Source of the DNA: Octopus vulgaris
Taxonomy: Eukaryota
Length of the DNA stretch: 64,000 nt
Direction: 5' to 3'
Assembly: GCA_951406725.2 (NCBI GenBank)
Contig: OX597814.1
Location: 158,534,001 to 158,598,000 of the forward strand
A model generated the notes under the pieces. The model was not told the DNA's origin, did not search any database, and worked only from the letters and a program-made list of their open reading frames with translations. The position numbers and the translations under genes are program-made. Positions 55,337-64,000 of the stretch are shown here, in pieces; the first letter of the stretch is position 1, and each line of letters begins with the position of its first letter.

Positions 55337-56454
55337 CTTCGCAAGTATACTTATTTCGTAAAACTTAGCTTCTTACTTCTATACCTATAAAATGATTAGC
55401 TAGCACGTATTTAGAAGCATTAGAACTAGTAAAATACAATTTCAGGGCATTATATATCTTCATTATTTTGGCTGAAAGCTTGAAAAGGCAAAAGAAATAA
55501 AATTTGAGGCGTGAAGAAGTTTATTACATGGTAAAACCATGCAAGCAATAAATTCTATACTTGTACACTATCATCCATTTTGTCTGGTTAAATTCAAATT
55601 AATCCATATAGCAATTTATATTTTATATAATATCCCCTGCATGAGGAGCTGATGTAACCTATCATGTTCTTAAAATTTTGTGTTGATTTTTTTTTTAAGG
55701 AAAAGCATGAGATAATATGGTTGTTGATATAAAGGCAATATCTGAAAATTTATGAGATAGTTATTTCTAGAATACTGTTTTGATATGCATTCTTAATCAA
55801 AAATAGCTTGGGCGAAACCAACAGTAACGTTGTTGTGCTGGATATTTTTCTGCACTTGGACTACCCAAACACCGCAACATGAAACCGTTTGTTCTGCGGC
55901 ATGACAAATCGTAAAGGTTCCACATTACTCTAAAATACATGTTCAACACCAATTTATCTGAATCAATTTTATACCTTTCCTTCATTGAAGTAAGATATGT
56001 GAGTTGTTGCTAATTTATGCCCAGATCAGACTTATACAGCAGAAATTATTAACTCAACTGTATGATATCGCTGACCATTCCCACTTTTTATCCAAGACAC
56101 AGCTATCTGGTCTGTCGTTTTAAGACGGTAAAACGTGTAATTTGAAGATGATTGATTACTTTTTTTTGCAGTTCTAGTGATCTTTGTAATCTCGAAGGTT
56201 TATAAGTTTAGAATAAAACTAATATCATCGGATACGTGGTAAAAGGTAAAATTGATCTATAAAATAATAGTTATTTATTGGAAAGATAATTAAAAGTTTA
56301 GATTTTAGATATTGTTCCCTCTTCAAAATAATCAAATTCTATATTTCTGTCATATCTTTCAAGTCTTACATATAAATATCTTTGGTAATTCCATCCTCTC
56401 CGAAGTTTGCTTAAATAGATTCAAGTTAATTCAAAGCGAATTTCAAGAAACATT

Positions 56455-56865
56455 TAGGTGTGGCTGAGTGGTAATAAGTTTGCTTCCTAGTCACATGCAT
56501 CCAAGTTCAATCCCACTGCATGGATCTTGGGTAAGTGTCTTCTACTATAGCTCCAGCTCGACCAAAACCCTGTAAGTGGATCTCGTAGACGGAAACTGAA
56601 AGAAGCCCATCCCCGTATATGTGTGTATGACTGTGTGTGTGTGTGTGTGCGAGTATGCGCGTGGGCGTGTCTGTATGTGTGTCTTGTTTGTCCCTGACTA
56701 CTGTTGATAACCTGTGCTAGTTTGTTTATTTCCCCGTAACGAAGCGTTTCAGCAAAAGACAGCGATAGAATAAGTACTAAGCTTAACATTTAAACTCTGG
56801 GATCGATTCATTTACGGCGGTGTCCCAGCAAGGCCGCAATTCAATGACTGAAATAAGGAAATGAT
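56455..56865 (+). mobile_element. Family 1 SINE
   Basis: Colinear with 28059-28482. Confidence 0.85.
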
Positions 56866-57807
56866 AAATATAATTGAATGTATCAACCTTATTTTCTCTT
56901 ACATTCTATAATTTTATTTGTCTCTTTTTGTTTCCTAGAGATGTATATATTTTTTCTTCCTTGTCGTTTATTCATGTGTGAATCGAATACTTTTCTTAAT
57001 TCTAATTAATCAAGAAAATTTATGATAAAAGTAAATTATGATAAGGGTAAAAGCTTGGTGTTTGTTATCTCTCTCCAAATCCCCATAGATTTTTAATACA
57101 GACCGCTGCGAATAGAATCATCAACTTCATATCCCGTATCTGTGATTTTATGTTCTTCATTACCATACAAAATTAATCACACCCTTTTGTAAATTTCAAA
57201 TCAACTTATTTTTGTGGTTTGAAATTGAATCTGGTAAAGAAATTAATCTGATTTACCAATGTGAACTTTAATAGTTTTAGTCTCTTCGTTTCCAAAATCT
57301 TCTGCAGAATAATATTCATATCTCTCTCATATCAGATACATATTATCTTAAATCACAAAAGAAAATTCATTGGCATTGTCTATTGGAAGTCTATGCAAAG
57401 AATATTAAGAAAATGTTAATTTACCTCTTGATCATGCTTACCCGATATATTATTTCTTTTTTACATTGTTATTTGCTAATGGCTAATACCTCCAGCACCA
57501 TATGGCTACACACAACAGATACTGACAATACAAATGGATTTTGCTAACGAATTAGATCATCACCTCATGCGAGTAATATCTGACTGACAAAAATTAATAT
57601 TATGTATAATTGCATTCATTCAACAATCGCTAAAAGGATTCCTATCTAATTCGATGCCATCTTACGTCAGTTTCTTTTGTTTGGAAACAATAATTGTTCG
57701 TATAAACAAGTTTCTATTATATGATTGAATGAAAGAATTTGTGACTTATCTGTAAATACATTTTGATGTATTTATATACTTGATTATTTCAGGAACACGG
57801 GTACAGA

Positions 57808-58005
57808 ATGAGTTATGCCTCAGATGATGATGACTGTGTTAATTCTCCGGATATCGATAGCCACTTCAGTGACAGCTCAATGTTTTACGATGATGAGTAC
57901 CAATTTATTGATGCTTGCATTGATGGAGATCATGAAGCCGTCCAAGCGATTCTTGAAGACGACTGTACGCGAGAGGAGATAAATGAAAGGGATAGATCCG
58001 GCAGA
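57808..58005 (+). CDS. ANKRD33/ANKRD33B-like ankyrin-repeat protein, first coding exon (acceptor AG 57791-57792, ATG 57808)
   Basis: Acidic N-terminus followed by FIDACIDGDHEAVQAILEDDCTREEINERDRSGR. Donor AGA|GTACGT at 58006, phase 0, joins in frame to TGISHAC of the next exon, completing an ankyrin repeat. Confidence 0.85.
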
Positions 58006-59507
58006 GTACGTATTAAAACATTTATTATAGTTATATTTAAAATATAATCTTTACATGTAGCACAAGGTGTATTTTAACTTCAAATGCAATAAAAAAGATT
58101 GGCTATGCGTTGATGTTACTATTATTACAATAGGTTATTGAAGTTTTTTCTCTAGTCACAGTATTATTTTAGTATGAGAATGTCTGCTGAATTGGCTAGT
58201 ATTTGGTAACTGATGATTGTTAACTCTATAACGCTTCAATTATCAACGTATGTGATCGTTAGATCTATTATAAATAACAACCAAATCACCCTCAAACCAC
58301 ACCATATTGCAGTCAAGAAGGATTATGTGTGTAGTATGAGAAATACTTTTAAAATTATGATATGGTTATGATTTAGATTATTTAGATTGCAAAGTAATGA
58401 AACAGACGTCGACTTCGAAGTGCTTTTACTCATTAACGTGGTAAACTTTGTACACTATGTATACATCTAGAATTTGGTGAAATCGAAATTATAATGATAG
58501 TACACAAAATACCTATCGTATAATATTCTACTGGCTTTCCAGTACTTTACTGGTTTAGTAATTGACACAATATATTTATATATAAATGTCCGAAAAAACT
58601 AAACACTGATATAACTAGTTTCAAGTTAACAGAGACCGGTGCAGTTTCAATCCTCGGTCGAAGTCATTTAAGTTCACTTGTATCAAAGAAAAAAGCACAT
58701 GCTAACATTTTCCAAAGTATAAAATTTGCAAATTCCAATTTCCTTCATGTGTAATAAGTAAAACTCTTATTTTTACCGAAGATAGAAAAATGAAATCTAA
58801 ATGCTGTTCGACATATACTTCGTCTCTGCCATTCTCAAGTTGAAATTACACATTGGGTTTATATTGCATCTCATTCTCACGTATTCCATAAAATAAGCAC
58901 TATCATTAAAATTAATCAATTCAAAGAACGACAACTTTATGTTAAAAATTATTCAAAATGATTTTTAGTTAAATAAAATCTATATGAAAATCATATATCT
59001 AACAACTTTTGATGGAAACCAGTTTAGTTTATTACATTGTATAATTCCCTTTCCAAAGACATAAAAATCAAACAATTTTTTCTATTTCCTCGCCGAATCT
59101 GTAACTTTATCCCTAAGAAATCAATAATAGATATTTGAGGAAACGTATTTATATTAACCCTGCCGTATGTATTTAATGGGTCATAAAGCAAATATGAATT
59201 AAAGATATCTTTGCATTTGCCTCACACGTGCGCGCCTACACACACGGACGCACGCACACACACATACACACACGCGCGCATATACACACACATATATGTA
59301 TAAATGATAATTGAAAGGGTTGTATATAATTTAGAAAATTAAATTCCATATATAAAATACGTTGTAAAAGGGGGCAGTGCCCTCGCAAAATATTGCATTT
59401 TCCTTTATTCAAGGAATCAATTAAACTTCTTTTATTTTATGTTTCTGTCAATAATGATTAATTATTCAATTATATTTTATTCTATTTTACTATATTTCTC
59501 TTTGCAG

Positions 59508-59637
59508 ACGGGAATTAGTCACGCTTGTTCAAGCGGTTTCTCTACAATAGTAGAAATGTTAGCAGAAGTACCAGAAGTTGAAGTAAACATTCCAGATAAA
59601 GAAGGAAATACGCCACTCATTTTTGCTGCTCAAGCCG
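59508..59637 (+). CDS. ANKRD33-like ankyrin-repeat protein, coding exon 2
   Basis: Acceptor tttctctttgcag|ACG. Encodes TGISHACSSGFSTIVEMLAEVPEVEVNIPDKEGNTPLIFAAQAG. Donor G|GTACAT, phase 1. Confidence 0.92.
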
Positions 59638-60387
59638 GTACATATTTATGTATTTCTTCAAACTATATTGTTAATCTGTGGTTATCAAAATCAGCTTCAT
59701 TTTTTCCTGCTTGACTCAATTCAATAGTTAAGTTGATCTGGGTTTCTAGAGTTTTTGTTTTCTTTTCTGTCTAAAGTTATCAATAGGAGAGTATCGGATC
59801 CTTCTCTTTTAATTTAAGTACCAGTTGAACAATGGGATCGATGTAATCGACTTAACCACTCACCCGAACTTGCTGGCCTTGTGCCAAAATTTGAAACTAG
59901 TAATAGTAGTAGTATTTGTTGTAGTAGTAGTACATTTCTTAATTCATTACAATCATGTCGTTTCTTGTGTACTTTGTAAGATGACAAATATAATTCATTT
60001 GTGTATGATGGTAGATCAAGCCCCAAGACCCCAGCAGTGAAATTGTAGCGACTATATCTATTTAAATCAAACATTATTAGAATTCCAGTCATTTTTATCC
60101 CATTTACTAATGTAGTCATGGGCAACGTGTGATCGGCAGGATTTTCTGCATGGCACACCTAACGAAAAATTACCTTGAATGTTTTAGCAGTTGAGTCACA
60201 AGATAATGATTCAAGTGTCATGTGGTTTGCTTCTCGAAAAGGTTGCCCAAGCCTGTTCCAATTGTAGTAACTAAAACTATATTATCTGTGTCCTTTCCTT
60301 TTCAAAGGTAGACGTTTTTAATTTGAGATATTTGACTGCTATTTCAAGCAAGACTGAGTGACTACATGAAATATATATATATATATA

Positions 60388-60501
60388 TTGGCCTGCTCGC
60401 TTAGCCAGCGGGGTGGCGTCATTTGAAAGCTAAAACAATGCGAAGCGCATTGTGACCAGCGATGTGTAGTAACATCTGATAGCCTGGTCGGTCACGGTGA
60501 T
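60388..60501 (+). mobile_element. Isolated family 3 SINE tail in (TA)n, intronic
   Basis: Reverse complement of 14111-14223. Confidence 0.85.
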
Positions 60502-61252
60502 ATATATATATATATATATAGATATAGATATCCTTGAAACACAGCACATTCGTCATTATTGTTAAGACGGGCTGTTGAAAGATGGAACCTTATCTGAATT
60601 GAGAACAGATGTTAATGTTGATTTTAAGTAAAGACTTTCTATTGCAAACTGCTATTTATATTAATTTTATATATACACATTAGCGAATCGCTAAGTGATC
60701 CAATTATTTGGATGACGAAAATATAAATACTAATGGCGAAGCGAGTCCGGAAAGAGCCGAACAGCCGCGCTGTCTTAATTGATGAAGTAACGTCTGTATT
60801 AAGTATTCTCGATCGATACTTTTCGGACAATTATGGTCCCCGTTAGTATATGTTTCCATTCATGTGCGTTTAGCTCTTATTTCTAGCAATATAGGTGTTC
60901 CTATCACCCTAGTCACATTTAGTGACGTTTGTAGTTCTTTTCAGTGAAACATTGCAAACTGCTATTTATATTAATTTTATACATATTTGTGTGTGTGTGT
61001 GTGTGTATGTGTGTGTGTATATGTGTGTGCGTGCGTGCGTGTGTGTGTGTGTGTGTGTACAGGATATTCATGCAAGTTATGACTTCCAAACTTCATTAAT
61101 AAAACAACAAAATATCAAAATAATGTGTGTGTGTGTGTGTGTGTATGTGTGTGTGTGTGTGTAGGCAAGGATAACTAAGTTACCCTTGATGATATTGAGA
61201 AACCTATCGTGACAGAAATTAATTTAATTTGTTTTTATTTTGTATTTGGCAG

Positions 61253-61393
61253 GACAGGAAGAATGTGTACGTATTCTTCTACATGAGTATAAGAAGATAC
61301 GTGTCGATCATGTTAATAAAGCTGGATTTTCTGCCTTAATGAAAGCAGCAATTCAAGGCCGAACAAAATGTGCAAAATTACTTTTATTTGCTG
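61253..61393 (+). CDS. ANKRD33-like ankyrin-repeat protein, coding exon 3 (gene continues beyond window)
   Basis: Acceptor tttggcag|GA is phase 1 and compatible with exon 2. Encodes QEECVRILLHEYKKIRVDHVNKAGFSALMKAAIQGRTKCAKLLLFAG. Donor G|GTAAGA. Resembles the recalled ANKRD33B motif GFTALMKAAMQGRT. Confidence 0.92.
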
Positions 61394-63724
61394 GTAAGAT
61401 AACTTGCAATGTAAAAAACTATTTAACTTGATAATTTAATGATGCTGCTCTTTATGTTTCTTTTTTTTTTTTTAGCATTAAGCCAATTCTGATCAAACAG
61501 AAGAAAAATCAAAGTCATTCACAGGGTGACCACCTCAATCTGTTCAATAGGACTATATTGTCCAATGTAACACATTTTATTTATTTTTATATTGTGGGCT
61601 GTAATTTTAAGATTTGTCTGCTATTTTTCCCACGTCAAGCGACCTCAAAGAGACAACCTCCAGATTATCAGTATCCCATACAGGAGTAGCTGCAACAGAT
61701 TAAGAATATTCTTTTTAATGGTTAATTATTTTAAAATAATTTACGGGACAACACTACTCAAATTGCAATCGTCATTAAAAACTTTATTGGAACAACTAGC
61801 TGGACATTGAAAGCCAATCATGCGAAGCACTCTTTCTGCACTGAATATTGAAGGAATGCAACGTTTCCTTTTCCTGCCATATTTTAAGCCCTAAATAAGA
61901 AAATTACAGGCATAAATATGAACTGGACCATAATAGATATTGTCGCCTCCACTGTAAATGATTCAGGGAAGTGTCCATTATTTGTCACGGGAAATATTTG
62001 GCTATAAGGTTAATGTGACAGAATGATAAGATGATGAAAACCAACAACAGATATGTCTATCCAACAAGAATAGCAAAAGTTGCTCTTTCCACCAATCGAT
62101 ACAGGAAGCGACCAAAGTGGATTTACCAAGGTAAATGATAATCTAGCAAAGAAGTGCAGACTTATTTTTCCGGTTAGCATACACGCACTGACAAAGCACA
62201 GAATATATTCCGACATACATTTTACATTCATTCTGTCAACGTCCCTCTCATGTTAGTATGATTTAATGTATTATTTTACACCTTTATACCTCCAGTGACG
62301 TCAATTACGCTAGCTTGATAAAATGTATGTCATTGTTGGGAATTGGTGAAGTTTATCGATAAAATCACTAACATTGTAATAAGCAGAGACTTCAGAAATT
62401 CTGATTAATTATATTTTCGAGAGATATTGTATGAAGAAACTATGAGTGCACTGAAATCGAATATCAACCGCTTGATGAAGAGGAACAAAAGCAGTGCGGA
62501 AAAACGGAAAACCACTCCCTGAATATAAAAGATGAAATATCATGATGAACTCTGACATTCTAGAATCGGTCAAGCAACGATTAATGACTATGGAGCCGAA
62601 AATCAACATACGTATACGCATTCATAGAGGTTAGATTAATCATATTGCATGTTACAGGAAAATGCATCCAAACATTAAAAAAGAAACAAAATGGTGCTCA
62701 ATTGTTCCTTCCTTTAATTTTCTTAGAAAATATAAATCATATAAAGAAATTTCAATAATTTTGAATTTCCATGATAAATTACATAACTCCCATTGATTAT
62801 TAAAGTTAACTGACGCCAATTTTATATATTCGAAATTATGGCAAGATATGTATGCTTGTGTGTCTTTGAGGCTGAGAGTGGGTATGTATGTGCGTATAAA
62901 CAAGTACATTAAGATACTGTATGCGCATATATACATACACATACATTCGCGTGCATATGTGTGTATATCTCAGTATGTGTATGCGCGCGCGCGCGTGTGT
63001 GTGTGTGTGTGTAAACACACATTTATCCAGAGAATAATACAATCAAACTCTCACTTGATTTTTAATTATATTTTTTCAAACATCGTGAAATATTGACAAG
63101 GACGTCGAACTGTTATCTTTTGCAGCATAAAGTTCAATAGAATTTTGACATATACAGCACTACCAAAAGTTTGATTAATCGTGTGATGGCAGGAAACATG
63201 TGAGTTGTTATGGATGTGTGTGAGAGTAAATGCATGTGTATGCGTGCGTGTTATAATTTAACACACTCACTGGTAAAATTTCTGCTTATTTCTTTTTAAT
63301 TTTTCTAAAATAAAAAATAAATAAGTGTAAATTTATGCATGTGCGTGTATGTGTGTGTATGTGTGTGTATACCTCTGTTTCCTTGTGTGTGCACATCTGA
63401 GTGCATATCAGTGTGTGTGTGTGTGTTTGCAACTATGTACCGTGTTTCTATGTATGGATGTGCATCTCCATATGTGTGGACGTGTGTCTCCATATGTGTT
63501 CTTGGGTGAAGTAAAGTGTGTACTTATATATGGTCACGTGTTTCAGTCTTCATTTGTGTATGTATGCATGTGTGCTTGTCTATTCATATGACCTATGTAC
63601 CTATCCATCTGTATGTTGATCTGTTTACTTTCATATCCATATGCTTATATACATGTGCATATACATACACACACACACATATATATATACATACACACAC
63701 ACACACACACACACGCGCGCGTGC

Positions 63725-64000
63725 CTGCCCACAGACAAGTCTGGCAGACTGTCAATTGACAGCCTACAGAACTATGTCAAGACCATGAAACAACACATAA
63801 GTAGCATGAGAGAAGCTTCACCACAGGAACATGAAAGAGTGGAAAAACTCCTCAATGCACGCATAGGATTGTGGTGCAATATACCCCCATCCTACAAAAA
63901 GGACGGCACAACCTTTTCATAGGTTGGAGTATGTTGCACTACATTATCATGTGTGCATTGGGGAGTTTTTCCACTCTTTCATGTTCCTGTGGTGCAACTT
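63725..64000 (+). mobile_element. Probable Penelope-like RT N-terminal fragment ending in a foldback
   Basis: PTDKSGRLSIDSLQNY resembles the PLE DKG motif. Inverted arms 63813-63902 and 63912-64000. Confidence 0.45.

Overview
AT-rich eukaryotic DNA dense in microsatellites. The SINE families and repeat landscape suggest an octopus/coleoid cephalopod genome (inference, not confirmed). The only host gene I can support is near the right end: three spliced coding exons (57808-61393, +) of an ANKRD33/ANKRD33B-like ankyrin-repeat protein that continues beyond the window. The rest is mostly transposable elements: three tRNA-derived SINE families, R4/Dong-like RLE non-LTR retrotransposons in (AAT)n and (CATA)n microsatellites, several Penelope-like (RT + GIY-YIG) elements, mariner and pogo remnants, and a possible PIF1/Helitron relic. 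The most interesting signal is a cluster of type I hammerhead ribozyme motifs found by eye at 42.8-50.4 kb: three unrelated sequence families, each present as an inverted pair. One lies in a Penelope pseudo-LTR, one in a 149-bp-arm palindrome, and one in a ~481-bp non-coding, circularly permuted unit that is a candidate retrozyme (circular RNA) element. Two families have unusually long stem II and a palindromic stem III. All folds were paired by hand and no database searches were run. Most short ORFs in the track are microsatellite translations.
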